Part shown: piece after piece, positions 18,845 to 28,683 of the stretch
How positions within the stretch are numbered: the stretch's first letter is position 1
Layout of the letters: every line of letters starts with the position of its first letter
Assembly (NCBI GenBank): GCA_041946805.1
Contig: JBHGBC010000010.1
Location: 14,763-78,762, forward strand
Origin: a bacterium
Lineage (GTDB): Bacteria > Hinthialibacterota > Hinthialibacteria > Hinthialibacterales > Hinthialibacteraceae
DNA: 64,000 bases
Reading direction: 5' to 3'
Translations under genes and position numbers: made by a program
The notes under the pieces: generated by a model
What the model saw: the letters and a program-made list of their open reading frames with translations, nothing else
Databases searched by the model: none
Told to the model about the DNA's origin: nothing

Positions 18845-19507
18845 TTACCCGGCCCAGTCCACCAGGGCGCGCAACAGCTCCTGCATCCCCTTGCGGCTGA
18901 CGGATGAGGTGAGGATGCACGATTCGCCGTCCCGCAAGCGCAGCCGCTCGGCGACTTGCTTCCGTACCTTGGCGGTCTCGCTTTGGTTCAACTTGTCGCA
19001 TTTGGTCAGGATGGTGATCGCGGGCAATCCCCGGGCGGTGATCCATTCCCGCATCTGGAGATCCAAGGCGGCCGGTTCGTGCCGGGCATCCACAAGCTGC
19101 AGGATACCCCGCAAGGCTCTTTTTTCGAGAAACACGGCCAGGCTTTTGCCCCACTGTTCCCGCGTGGATTTATCCACCTTCGAATAGCCGTACCCGGGCA
19201 AGTCCACCAGGTGGAGCCGGATGGCGCCCGGTTCGATCCGCACGTGAAAGTAATTGATCAACCGGGTCTTCCCAGGGGTGCTGGAGGTTTTGGCCAGGTT
19301 GCGGCGCTGGCAGAGCGTGTTGATCAGGCTGGATTTGCCGACATTGGAACGGCCGGCGATAGCGATTTCCGGGAGTTCCGGCGGTGGGCATTGTTTCAGA
19401 CCGGGGGCGCTGGTGACGAAGGACGCCTCGGCCACCCGCCACTCCACGGTTTGGTCCGGATCGCGTGGTTCGCCTGGATCTTTCGGTGATTCCGGTGGCT
19501 TCAGCAC
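18845..19507 (-). CDS. engB: GTP-binding protein EngB/YihA
   Basis: GRSNVGKSS, PGKT, DLPGYG, TKCD motifs. Confidence 0.95.
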   Translation of the reverse strand: MLKPPESPKDPGEPRDPDQTVEWRVAEASFVTSAPGLKQCPPPELPEIAIAGRSNVGKSSLINTLCQRRNLAKTSSTPGKTRLINYFHVRIEPGAIRLHLVDLPGYGYSKVDKSTREQWGKSLAVFLEKRALRGILQLVDARHEPAALDLQMREWITARGLPAITILTKCDKLNQSETAKVRKQVAERLRLRDGESCILTSSVSRKGMQELLRALVDWAG

Positions 19508-20418
19508 AAGTATTGCACCTCCCTTTCCAGGAGGATGCCAAATTTTTCCTTAACCCGTTCCGCCATCAGGTCGGCAAGCCGGTTGACCTGTTCCGCCGTG
19601 GCGTTGCCGTGATTCACGATGATGTTCGCGTGCTTTTCGAAGACTCCCGCGTCCCCCACGCGGAGTTTCTTGGCCCCGGCTTCCTCCAGGTATTTCCCGG
19701 CGGGGATCCGGTGGCCTCCCGGTTCCAAAGGCGGCAGGTTCTTGAAAAACGATCCCGCCGAGGGCAGTTTCGGTCCCGGATGTTTGATCTCCCGCTCCGC
19801 CCGGATGCGGTCCGCCTCCTCCCGTAACGCGTCTTTCGCTCCGGGAGTGAACGGGCCCATCACCGCGGTGAGAATGATATCGCCGCGCTTTTTGGCTTCG
19901 CTGGTGCGGTAGCCGATGCCCAGGCCATCCCGGGATACCGCGGCCACCGTGCCGTCCTTGCGCAAAATGTCCGCTGCCCGCAGATATTCGCACACCAGGT
20001 GGCCAAAGGCCCCCGCGCCGCCGATCAGCGCGCCGCCCAATGATCCCGGGATGCCGGCGGCGAAAGTCAAATCCGACCATCCCCGTTCACACGTTTCGGA
20101 GACCAGGCGGTCGAGATTGTACCCGCCCGCCGCCGCCACGGTGAAATCCTCATGCCAGGCGATGGAATCGGTCTTGTTGATCAACACCAGGCCGGCCAGG
20201 CCCCGGTCGCTGATCAACAGGTTGGAACAACCGGCGAAGAGATAAAAAGGTATCTGGGCTTCCAGACACGCCCGGCACGCGGTGATCAACTCTTCCGTGG
20301 TGTGGGCCTCGAGCAAGTATTCAGCGGGTCCGCCGATCCGGAGCGTGGTATAGGAAGCCAGCGGGACGTGTTGCCGCAGACGCCCGCCGAAACGGGCGCG
20401 CAAGGTGGATAAACTCAT
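19501..20418 (-). CDS. murB: UDP-N-acetylenolpyruvoylglucosamine reductase
   Basis: TTLRIGGPA, SNLL, GIPGSLGG, YRTS, SAGSFFKN, HAN, LEREV. Confidence 0.93.
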   Translation of the reverse strand: MSLSTLRARFGGRLRQHVPLASYTTLRIGGPAEYLLEAHTTEELITACRACLEAQIPFYLFAGCSNLLISDRGLAGLVLINKTDSIAWHEDFTVAAAGGYNLDRLVSETCERGWSDLTFAAGIPGSLGGALIGGAGAFGHLVCEYLRAADILRKDGTVAAVSRDGLGIGYRTSEAKKRGDIILTAVMGPFTPGAKDALREEADRIRAEREIKHPGPKLPSAGSFFKNLPPLEPGGHRIPAGKYLEEAGAKKLRVGDAGVFEKHANIIVNHGNATAEQVNRLADLMAERVKEKFGILLEREVQYLC

Positions 20419-20427
20419 TCCGTGTAT

Positions 20428-21003
20428 CTACCGTAAATAAATTTCCAGCCAGGAATTGAACAACTTGTCTTCCCCCTTGAGGATCAATCCGGGCGGGGAT
20501 TGTTTGACCTGGTTGATCAATTGGGACAACGGCTCGTCCATGCCGTTGAAGTCCTCCAGCGCGTACTGCAAGACGCTGACCGCGGTCCCCGTGATCAACA
20601 AGGGGATGGGCAGGGAAAATTTGTTGTTCCGGATCATCAGCGTGGAGGAATACTCTTCCGGATTCACCGGTTTGGAGAATTTCCGGATTTTCAAGTGATA
20701 ATCGTCCTTGGTCAATTCGAACACTTCATCCTTCGGCATCGCTTCCACCAGCTGGGCGATGGTCACCAGGTCGAAACCGGATTCCTTGGTTTCTTTCAGA
20801 TATTTGGGTGGAACCGCCGCCACGATGGCCTTCGCCAGGGACAGGGAAACCGTCGCCCCGCCGATGACCGGGGAAGCCGAATTGATTTCGTTGAACGTTC
20901 CCGCCAGCCAGATTTCCTCCTTGGGCGCGGCTTCTTCCGTGATCCCGGAAGCGGCCGTCAGAAACACCATCCCGAGAATGACGACGATCGTTTTCGCGAA
21001 CAT
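20428..21003 (-). CDS. Secreted hypothetical protein
   Basis: GAAGGAAG RBS, signal peptide, 9-bp gap to murB. Confidence 0.75.
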   Translation of the reverse strand: MFAKTIVVILGMVFLTAASGITEEAAPKEEIWLAGTFNEINSASPVIGGATVSLSLAKAIVAAVPPKYLKETKESGFDLVTIAQLVEAMPKDEVFELTKDDYHLKIRKFSKPVNPEEYSSTLMIRNNKFSLPIPLLITGTAVSVLQYALEDFNGMDEPLSQLINQVKQSPPGLILKGEDKLFNSWLEIYLR

Positions 21004-21319
21004 GGCCTTACTTCCTTCTCTATTTCAGAACGCGCGGATTGCAACTCCCTGGTTTTCTGATGACACCGGGGATGCCGCCGACCGAACCCGGCTCCCGGAA
21101 TCTCTCCGGCGTCGAATTCAGCACGCGGGATCCCGGCGGCTGGAACCTATTGTAAACCAAATCGGCGTGGAGTGAAAACAGGTTCCGAGAAACTCCCTTC
21201 AACATTATACGTATCCGGCGGGGCGGAGGGGAGAATATTTTGAACTCACCAGCGAGCCGCCTATCCTGCAATATCCTGGATCCCCACGTTCGCGGGGATG
21301 ACCTCGCATGCATCTATCG

Positions 21320-21350
21320 AAAAAAAGAACAGGGCGGATTACCGCCCTGT
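21320..21350 (-). terminator. Intrinsic terminator after adk
   Basis: Minus strand ACAGGGCGG-taat-CCGCCCTGT followed by TCTTTTTTT. Confidence 0.85.
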
Positions 21351-21373
21351 ATCTTGAATGCGTTCTGGATTGA

Positions 21374-21973
21374 TTACCAGCTTTGGATGATGGGAACCAG
21401 GCGCGCGTAGACATCCTCCAGGCTCCCGACCCCGTCCACTTCGATCAGTTGCTGTTTCTGCTTGAAATAATCTTCCAGGGGCTGCGTTTTTTCGCGGTAG
21501 ACGCGCATCCGTTCCCGCACCACCGCTTCCGTGTCATCGGGGCGGTTTTCGATTTGCGCCCGTTTCAACAGCCGCTCCACCAGCAATTCCTCGGGCACGC
21601 GCAGGCTGATCGCCCCCGTAAAATGCAGGTTCAATTTTTCGAGCAGAGCCTGCAAAAGAGCGGCCTGGCCCAGGGTGCGGGGGAATCCATCCAGGATCAC
21701 TCCCTTCGCGCCGGAGGAGCGGTTGAGGATGCCCTTCAGTTCATTCGCCAGCATCCCGCTGATGACATCGTCCGGAACCAGTTCGCCCCGTTCCATCAGT
21801 TCCTTGGCCTTCATCGCCAACGGATCCTGCCGGGCGACAGCGGCGCGGAAAATGTCGCCGGTGCTGACGTGCAAATACCGCAGCCGCTCCTTGATCATCG
21901 CCGCCTGCGTCCCTTTGCCGCAGCCGGGGGGGCCGAATATGGTGAACGCGTGGATGGTATTGGGTTGATTCAT
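21374..21973 (-). CDS. adk: Adenylate kinase (short-LID type)
   Basis: GPPGCGKGTQ, STGDIFR, GELVPD, LDGFPRT, R.DD. Confidence 0.95.
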   Translation of the reverse strand: MNQPNTIHAFTIFGPPGCGKGTQAAMIKERLRYLHVSTGDIFRAAVARQDPLAMKAKELMERGELVPDDVISGMLANELKGILNRSSGAKGVILDGFPRTLGQAALLQALLEKLNLHFTGAISLRVPEELLVERLLKRAQIENRPDDTEAVVRERMRVYREKTQPLEDYFKQKQQLIEVDGVGSLEDVYARLVPIIQSW

Positions 21974-22198
21974 GGATGAACAATCCTTTTCAAGATGAAT
22001 GATCGATTGCTTTCCCCGGCCGGGCGAGGAAGATCAACGATTATACTAGGAGCGCCCTCGAAAAAGCCAAGGGGGGCAAGGAAAACAATGTGCCGATGAT
22101 GAGGGAACGGCGTCCTTCCCGGGAAGGGGGGGAAGGGATATTCGATAATATGGATTTTCAGTAACCATTTACCGGTTTGCGGTGCTGCTTTTGAGCGC

Positions 22199-22512
22199 CA
22201 ACGGCGCGGCATGAGTATAGCCCAGGGCGTAAGCCCTGGGAAAAAATGACAAAGGGATTATTTCCCTCTCCCTCTGGGAGAGGATCAGGGTGAGGGAAGC
22301 CCTGAAAGGGCGAAATTCATCCTATCGCTGCGATTGAGCAAATAATTACAAACATAATAAATTGGGTTGAAGCCTTGGATTGGATCGATCTCTTCAATAA
22401 AGTATCCGGGGCAGGCCAAGTTAGTAGGGGCACGAAATAGTATACGGGCGCGTCGCGTAGGGGAACGTATTGTTGAAGCACATAGTGTAGGGGTACGTGG
22501 CCACGTGTCCCT
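22199..22512. repeat. Mosaic cluster of several REP families
   Basis: CCCAGGGCGTAAGCCCTGGG, CCCTCTCCC/GGGAGAGG, GCCCTGAAAGGGC, and GTAGGGGNACG at 22424, 22457 and 22487. Confidence 0.7.
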
Positions 22513-22613
22513 GCTTGGCGGCCGGTCCCTCATTTCCAGTCCTTGAGCGCGCGCGGGGAATAAAAACGGTAGTATATAGATGCAATTCAATAAAGACCTT
22601 GGAAGGCAAAACC

Positions 22614-22979
22614 ATGGAATCTTCCACCAAGCGCTATACCGTCCGCCGGGTGTCCGGCGTGGAAAAAGAAAAAAGCACCTGCGGCTACCGCCAGCGGCTC
22701 TTCAGCACGGGCGACGACACGCCCGCGTTCATTCACCTGGTGCGCATCCAGGGTTCCCGCGCCCACTACCACAAGCGCGCGGTCGAGTTTTATTACGTTC
22801 TGGAAGGATCGGGAACCATGACCGTCGATGGCGACACCTTTCCCATCGAGGCGGGCGCCATCGTCAAACTGGAACCCCTCTCCATCCACGCCTCGGAGGG
22901 AGACCACCTGGTGTTGGTGATCGGCGTCCCCGACATCGCCGAGGACGACATCTTTTTCCCGGATGAGAAATCCCGTTGA
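22614..22979 (+). CDS. Cupin-domain protein
   Basis: HYHKRAVEFYYVLEGSG ... H cupin motif; start reassigned after GGAAGG RBS. Confidence 0.88.
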   Translation: MESSTKRYTVRRVSGVEKEKSTCGYRQRLFSTGDDTPAFIHLVRIQGSRAHYHKRAVEFYYVLEGSGTMTVDGDTFPIEAGAIVKLEPLSIHASEGDHLVLVIGVPDIAEDDIFFPDEKSR

Positions 22980-23005
22980 TCGGCAAGGGATTCCAGGGAG
23001 AAGGC

Positions 23006-23197
23006 TTACAGAAAATGCCGCATGATGGAAATGTAGATGTCGAGCACCTTGTCCAGGATCACCAAAAACATGGTGCTGAAGAAGAGAATCAGCATCTTAG
23101 TGAAGAAGGAGCGCCGGGCCACGAATCCGCAATGCGGGCAGATATACGCCTTGTGTGAAATTTCCTGATTGCATTCCGAACATCGAATCAATGCCAT
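23006..23197 (-). CDS. Small zinc-ribbon membrane protein
   Basis: MALIRCSECNQEISHKAYICPHCG followed by a hydrophobic helix. Confidence 0.75.
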   Translation of the reverse strand: MALIRCSECNQEISHKAYICPHCGFVARRSFFTKMLILFFSTMFLVILDKVLDIYISIMRHFL

Positions 23198-23270
23198 ATC
23201 GAGTTCTCTTTGAATGGGGATGTAGGGTGGGTTGATCGGAGCGAAACCCACCGGTTCCGAATGAGACTTC

Positions 23271-24266
23271 TCAACGCGGGCGCGCCTTCCATAAATCGTA
23301 CAGTTGTTTCCATCCCACCAGTTTGACGCCTTGCGCCTCGATGAACCGCTTCATGGCGGGATCGGTGAAAATCCGCAAATCCGCGTTGCGTTGTTTCCAC
23401 GAGCCGGTGATGGCTTCAATCTCGGGCGATTCCGCCGCGGGATGGATGATGATCTCGGACACGCCGGATTTCAAATTCCGGATGACTTCCTGGTAAAACG
23501 TCTCCGATTCCTCCACGGGCGTATCTTCGATCGAATACAAGCCGTCCAACATCGGCCAGCCCCGCCGGGCCAGTTCCGCGTGCGTTTTCAAGTCATACCG
23601 GTCCCCGGCCATTTGCAAAATCTGAGGCGTGGGATTGAAAAACATAAAGGGAATGTCGTACTCTTCCGCCAGTTTCAGCGCCACCGCGAGAAATTCCTTC
23701 TTCGCGAACAACGTGCCCATGTGCGAGTCCAGGTGCGTGGGTTTCATGCCTTGGGCGAGGGCGTAATCGATCTGGGCGCGGACTTCCGTCTCGAGCTCTT
23801 CCGGCTTGGCGTTCTGCGCCACGGGGAGGACATCCCGGAACATGCAGCCTTGGGGATCCAACAGGCCTGGTACCGACAGGGCCGGGGCCAGGGGACGCCA
23901 CCGGTAATATTTCCATTCCGCGGTGAGGGTCAGATGCAGCCCCAGGTCGGCTTCCGGGTGGTTCTTGGCGAAATCCGCGATTTCCAGAAACCAGGGGCAG
24001 GGAACCATGACGCTGCCCGCCGAAATGCTTCCCCCCTTGGCGGCCTCCATGAAGGCCACGTTGGACGAGTGGCACATGCCGATATCATCGGCGTGGACGA
24101 TCAACAGCCGCGCGTCCTGGGGATAGCCCAACCGTTCCGCCACGGTTTGAGCGCCGGCGGCCGGCGCCGTCCGGATGATGCCCATTAGCATGAGCCAAAC
24201 AATCCATCCTCCGCGTTGCCAAGGCATGGTTTTCGTCTCCTTTCTGGTTCTTTGCGTAAGCGCCAT
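23271..24266 (-). CDS. Secreted YdjC/ChbG-family carbohydrate deacetylase
   Basis: IVHADDIG, GLHLTL, THLDSHM, EIIIHP; signal peptide; start may be downstream (MPWQ). Confidence 0.88.
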   Translation of the reverse strand: MALTQRTRKETKTMPWQRGGWIVWLMLMGIIRTAPAAGAQTVAERLGYPQDARLLIVHADDIGMCHSSNVAFMEAAKGGSISAGSVMVPCPWFLEIADFAKNHPEADLGLHLTLTAEWKYYRWRPLAPALSVPGLLDPQGCMFRDVLPVAQNAKPEELETEVRAQIDYALAQGMKPTHLDSHMGTLFAKKEFLAVALKLAEEYDIPFMFFNPTPQILQMAGDRYDLKTHAELARRGWPMLDGLYSIEDTPVEESETFYQEVIRNLKSGVSEIIIHPAAESPEIEAITGSWKQRNADLRIFTDPAMKRFIEAQGVKLVGWKQLYDLWKARPR

Positions 24267-24409
24267 GACCGAATCAGCCGTTCGGTACGGTGCTGGTGAT
24301 GAGGAAAGAGATCCACTTCAACTTCCCTCTTCCTCTGGGAGGGGGCATACGCAAGGGCTTATTCTCGAATAATCGGTGGTGATGTTGAAATGATTGTATT
24401 AACGCGATT

Positions 24410-25210
24410 TCAGGGCTTGTAATAAGCCATCGCTTCCGGGATGTATTGCTGAATGTTGGCGATGCGGCTTTCCGGCGCGGGGTGGGTGGAGAGAAACTCC
24501 GGCGGGCGCTGGCCTCCCACCTGGTTCATGCGCTGCCAAAAAGGCACAGATTCCCGGGGATCATACCCAGCCAAGGCCATCAGCGTCAATCCAATACGAT
24601 CCGCCTCCGACTCATGTAACCGGTCATAAGGCAAAAGCACGCCGACCTGGCTGCCCGCGCCGTAGGCTTGCATGAAGAGTTCCTGGGTTTTGGCCGGCTG
24701 TTGTTGCAGAGCGACCGACAGGGCCGCGCCCCCCAGTTCCACCAGCAAGGACTGGCTTAGCCGTTCGCTTCCATGGTTGGCGACCGCGTGGGCGATTTCA
24801 TGGCCCATCACGACGGCCAGGCCGGTATCATCCCGGGTGATGGGAAGAATTCCGGTATACACGGCGATTTTACCCCCCGGCATGCACCAGGCATTGACGG
24901 TGTTGTCGTCCTTGATCACGTTGAATTCCCAGGAGTAATTTTCCGTGGAATAACCTTGTGTCTTAAGATACTGCTCGGTGGCCGCGGCCAGCCGTTTTCC
25001 CACCCGCACGACGGGTTCGACTTCCTTGGAATCCTGGGAGATTTTGGCCTTGCCCAAGGTTTCCTTATACGAAGTCATGCTCAACTGAACCAGCTGGGAT
25101 TCGGGAATCAAGGCGAGTTGCTGGCGGTGTGTCAACGGCGTCACGGCGCAGGCGAAAAGGGCCAGGGCCATCCAGACGGACAGGACCGGATACGCTTGGA
25201 TTCTTTTCAT
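24410..25210 (-). CDS. M48-family zinc metallopeptidase (lipoprotein)
   Basis: Lipobox LFAC; NAWCMPGG; HEIAH; ESEAD; FLSTHP; start reassigned to ATG 25210. Confidence 0.93.
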   Translation of the reverse strand: MKRIQAYPVLSVWMALALFACAVTPLTHRQQLALIPESQLVQLSMTSYKETLGKAKISQDSKEVEPVVRVGKRLAAATEQYLKTQGYSTENYSWEFNVIKDDNTVNAWCMPGGKIAVYTGILPITRDDTGLAVVMGHEIAHAVANHGSERLSQSLLVELGGAALSVALQQQPAKTQELFMQAYGAGSQVGVLLPYDRLHESEADRIGLTLMALAGYDPRESVPFWQRMNQVGGQRPPEFLSTHPAPESRIANIQQYIPEAMAYYKP

Positions 25211-25328
25211 GATCGTGGAGCTCCCCTCTCTTTTCACTACCATATGGGTTTCATGACGGATGATTCTATCCGATTTTGATCGGAAAATCACAGGATTGAA
25301 GGAAGACGCGCTCGAAAAGATGTAAGGC

Positions 25329-25533
25329 TCATCCGGCAAGTGCGTACCTTTTTTCAGACCCCCGGTTCGCATATCTTCGAAATGATCGATGAAAACCACC
25401 CCCAAAATTCCCTCTCCCACTGGGAGAAGGGTTAGGGAGAGGGTATTTTTGGAGGGGCGGATCTGAGTGTCCGCCCTCATCCCGGAGTGAATGGAATCGA
25501 TTTTCCCTCATTAGGTATGCATTTCCCGGATGA
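25329..25533. mobile_element. MITE-like element type A, copy 2 (inverted)
   Basis: TIRs TCATCCGGCAAGTGCGTACC / GGTATGCATTTCCCGGATGA; colinear with 949-1154. Confidence 0.8.
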
Positions 25534-25541
25534 TTCATAAA

Positions 25542-25573
25542 AAACGTCCCTGAACGGTTGTCCAGGGACGTTT
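25542..25573 (-). terminator. Probable intrinsic terminator
   Basis: AAACGTCCCTG ... CAGGGACGTTT stem with a T-tract on the minus strand. Confidence 0.65.
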
Positions 25574-25602
25574 GCCCATGGCAGGCCTGAAAGGGAATCG
25601 AT

Positions 25603-26289
25603 TTACTGTTCGTTCTCCAGATCTTCTTTCAATTCCTTCAGGATGCCTTCCAGCACCGCCTTTTTGATGGCTTTCGGATCCATCGGCATTTCCTTATTTT
25701 CCCATTTCTCAGATTTTTCCGGCTTTTCTATCATCTTTTTCATCGCTTTTTCCATTTTTTCCCCCGGCATGGGCGGTTGGGGCTGATGAGGGATGTTTTG
25801 CCGGATCGCCGAGAAGATTTCGTCCCCGTACTTGGCGAAAAACTGGTCGGTGATGCATGAAACCAGGAAAATCATCCCTTTGGGGATACGGATCTGGATA
25901 TCGGGCTGGTTGCCCCCCGCCGGCTGAACGCGCACCTGGATGAAGTTGAGATCCTCGGGATCGTCCCCGTTGGCTTCGTCCACCCAGATCCGCGCTTGGA
26001 CGGGGCCTTCCACCCGCACCAGGTCTTTCCCGCGGATCGAATCGAACTCACTGATGAGTTCATCCACCGCTCCTTCAATTTCCCCTCTGTCCTGAACCAG
26101 CTGGCCGGGAATCGACGTTTTCAGGGTTTGCAGCAGGGAAAGCGGGGCGCTGAAATTGATTTTTGTCCCATCCGGGGGATTGATTTCCGCCCGGATGACA
26201 CTCTCCTGGGCCATGACACCGGTGGACGCGAATCCGAATAGCAACATCAAGAGGCATCCAGACAGGGCTGTGAAGCGTACGTGTTTCAT
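25603..26289 (-). CDS. Secreted hypothetical protein
   Basis: AAGGAG RBS, signal peptide (VMA|Q), charged C-terminus. Confidence 0.8.
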   Translation of the reverse strand: MKHVRFTALSGCLLMLLFGFASTGVMAQESVIRAEINPPDGTKINFSAPLSLLQTLKTSIPGQLVQDRGEIEGAVDELISEFDSIRGKDLVRVEGPVQARIWVDEANGDDPEDLNFIQVRVQPAGGNQPDIQIRIPKGMIFLVSCITDQFFAKYGDEIFSAIRQNIPHQPQPPMPGEKMEKAMKKMIEKPEKSEKWENKEMPMDPKAIKKAVLEGILKELKEDLENEQ

Positions 26290-26345
26290 TTGATTTCTCC
26301 TTTAGTGAAAATATGGATAAGATAGGCTCTGTGTACTTATACGAG

Positions 26346-26541
26346 AGTGGAGGAGAAGTTTTTTAAAGGATTTTTCATCCTGCGCAGCGATATCCGGTAT
26401 AGCGCAAATTTTCCTTCACCCTGGCCTTTTCCCCGAGGGAGAGGGGAATTGAGAAAGGATTGGATCAGCGGGCCACGCGCACTGCTAGCAGAGAGGATAA
26501 ACAGGTGTCCGCGCAGGAAAAATCCTCTTACTCCTCCCACT
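26346..26541. mobile_element. Element bounded by inverted repeats and enclosing a REP
   Basis: AGTGGAGGAG..AGGATTTTTCATCCTGCGC versus GCGCAGGAAAAATCCTCTTACTCCTCCCACT; REP at about 26413-26448. Confidence 0.5.
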
Positions 26542-26572
26542 TTTTAAAGGAAAGGAAGCAATCAAGTGTGAT

Positions 26573-28630
26573 ATGAATGAACGCTATTGGAGTGATCCAG
26601 CGGAGAAACCGGAACACAATGCTCCCGGGCCGAATCATTTTCTCCAGGAGGCGTTCGAGGCGTATCGCGCGCGCCGGTACAACCAGGCGGAACGGTTGCT
26701 GCGGCAGGCCATCGCGGCGGATTCCCAGGCCGTGGAGCCACGAATCCACCTGGCCAATCTGTTGCACAGCGAGGACCGGTATCAAGAAGCGGTGGATATT
26801 TTAGAACCCATCAAGGACGATCCCGCCGCCCGCGAGTATCCCTGGTTCTTGTTCAAGGCGCGCTGGAACGCGGGGGACTATGCCGCCGCATGTGAAATCA
26901 TCCAAACGCTGATCGATCGTGGCGAAACCACCCTGGAGCAGCAGAAGCAATTTCAGGAATGTGCCCGGCTGGGCGGGTGGTTCGCACTGGCGCGCCAATT
27001 GGCCCGGCGGTCGCGGGACTGGAAAAGTCTGCGGGAACTTCGTTGGGCGGAATTGGTATTCCATCTCACCCGGTGGCTTCCGGGAAAATTCGTGCGCCCG
27101 GTCTTCCGCTGGACCGCAGGACGGTTCGAGCGGCGCGGCCGCTGGCAACGGCTGCGGTTGCTGCTGGAAGCCGCGCGCCTGGCCGATTCCAGTCATTATG
27201 AATGGCCCTTGCGGTTGGGACGGTTGTGCCGACAAACGCGGGATGTTTACGATCCCCAGTTCGCCCGGGAACGGATGTACTATAAAAACGCCCTTCGTTG
27301 CCGGCCCCGGGATCCGGAAGCCGCGCGCGGATTAATCCTGACGTTGCACGATATGGGTTTCTGGCGGGAGTTGCTGCGGATCATCGAACAACACAGTGAT
27401 ATACAGGCCGCCGGATGGGGGCAAAAAGTGAAAGCCGCCAGTCTGGTCAACCAGGAACGCTACGAGGAAGCGGTTCCCATGTACACGCGATTGACAGAGG
27501 ACGAGCCGGAGGGATTTTCCCGATTCTGTCAGGGATTGATCGCGCTGCAATGTGAGGATTGGCCGATCGCCGCCGAGTTGTTCGCGCTCAAGCCGCCAGA
27601 TCGAAGTTTGAATATACTCTTCCAATTTTTTCATTTCATATCCCTGCGTCTTGCCGCCGGGGAAGCGGCCGAAACCATCGACGGCCAGGAAATTCTGGAT
27701 TCCATCTCGTCTCTGGAAATGATCGAGACCAGCATTCCCCGGCCCTCCCGCCTGGATGCGTGTTTCCTGTGCGGGTGGAACGGCCCCCGGGAATCCTTGT
27801 GGCAAGACCGGACCACGAAATGGATCCGCGTTCGATGTCCTCGGTGTTCCATGATCTCGGTCGCGCCCATCCCCGGTCCGGATCAAACCAACGCGTTATA
27901 CACCAGCGGCGCCCGCCGGGAACACGTGTTGCAGCGGCAATACAAGGAAAGCGTCGAGAACTTGAGCCAGGCGCGGGAAGGGGATTGCCGGCGTTTGCCG
28001 CTCTTCCGGGACATCACCGAATGGGGAAACGATTTCGACTGGCCGGCGTTTGAGCGGTCCCTGGGGGAGGAAAAACGTTTTCTGGACGCCGGTTGTTCGG
28101 CGGGATACGCCGTCCTGGTGTTTCAGCGGTGCGGCTGGCGGGCGATGGGATTGGACATCGATACCGACGCGGTGGCCTTCGGCCAGGCCCGGGGAATCGA
28201 TGTCCGTGTGGGTACCGTGGATACGCTCGATTCCTCTTCGCCCCGCTTTGATTTGATCACACTGATCGACATCATCGAGCACGTGGCGGATCCCGCCGCG
28301 TTGCTCCGTCAATGCCATGGATTGTTGAATCCCGGAGGTCTGTTGTATGTCAAAACACCTTGCGCGGACAGTCTGCCCCACCGGTTCATCGGATCGGAAT
28401 GGCTGGAGGCAAGCGAGCACCTTCATTTCTTCAGCCGGGCCACCTTGCGCAAATTGTTGCTGGATACGGGATACGAAGTGATTTCCTTCAAGCAAACCAT
28501 GGAAGCGCCGACGCCCTTTCTCCATCCCCACATCTGGAAAGAGCGTTTTTATCCGGAATGCCTGGAGCGATGGATGGACCGGCTGCGGGTGGGGGACACC
28601 ATTCGCTTCCTTGCCACAAAAAAGCCGTAA
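26573..28630 (+). CDS. TPR-repeat protein fused to a Zn-ribbon and class I SAM methyltransferase
   Basis: N-terminal TPRs; CFLCG...CPRCS; LDAGCSAG; FDLITLIDIIEHV; LNPGG; EHLHFF. Confidence 0.85.
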   Translation: MNERYWSDPAEKPEHNAPGPNHFLQEAFEAYRARRYNQAERLLRQAIAADSQAVEPRIHLANLLHSEDRYQEAVDILEPIKDDPAAREYPWFLFKARWNAGDYAAACEIIQTLIDRGETTLEQQKQFQECARLGGWFALARQLARRSRDWKSLRELRWAELVFHLTRWLPGKFVRPVFRWTAGRFERRGRWQRLRLLLEAARLADSSHYEWPLRLGRLCRQTRDVYDPQFARERMYYKNALRCRPRDPEAARGLILTLHDMGFWRELLRIIEQHSDIQAAGWGQKVKAASLVNQERYEEAVPMYTRLTEDEPEGFSRFCQGLIALQCEDWPIAAELFALKPPDRSLNILFQFFHFISLRLAAGEAAETIDGQEILDSISSLEMIETSIPRPSRLDACFLCGWNGPRESLWQDRTTKWIRVRCPRCSMISVAPIPGPDQTNALYTSGARREHVLQRQYKESVENLSQAREGDCRRLPLFRDITEWGNDFDWPAFERSLGEEKRFLDAGCSAGYAVLVFQRCGWRAMGLDIDTDAVAFGQARGIDVRVGTVDTLDSSSPRFDLITLIDIIEHVADPAALLRQCHGLLNPGGLLYVKTPCADSLPHRFIGSEWLEASEHLHFFSRATLRKLLLDTGYEVISFKQTMEAPTPFLHPHIWKERFYPECLERWMDRLRVGDTIRFLATKKP

Positions 28631-28683
28631 AGGGGAACATTTAAGCGGAGAAGGGAATCGACGGATCCGGCAGGAGAAGAATC

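Noticed and set aside
22424..22512. Three regularly spaced GTAGGGGNACG repeats as a mini-CRISPR
   Set aside because: Repeats are only about 11 bp and degenerate, match the GTAG REP family, and no cas genes are present
25211..25480. Long N-terminal extension of the M48 peptidase ORF
   Set aside because: It runs through intergenic and MITE sequence; the lipoprotein signal starts at ATG 25210
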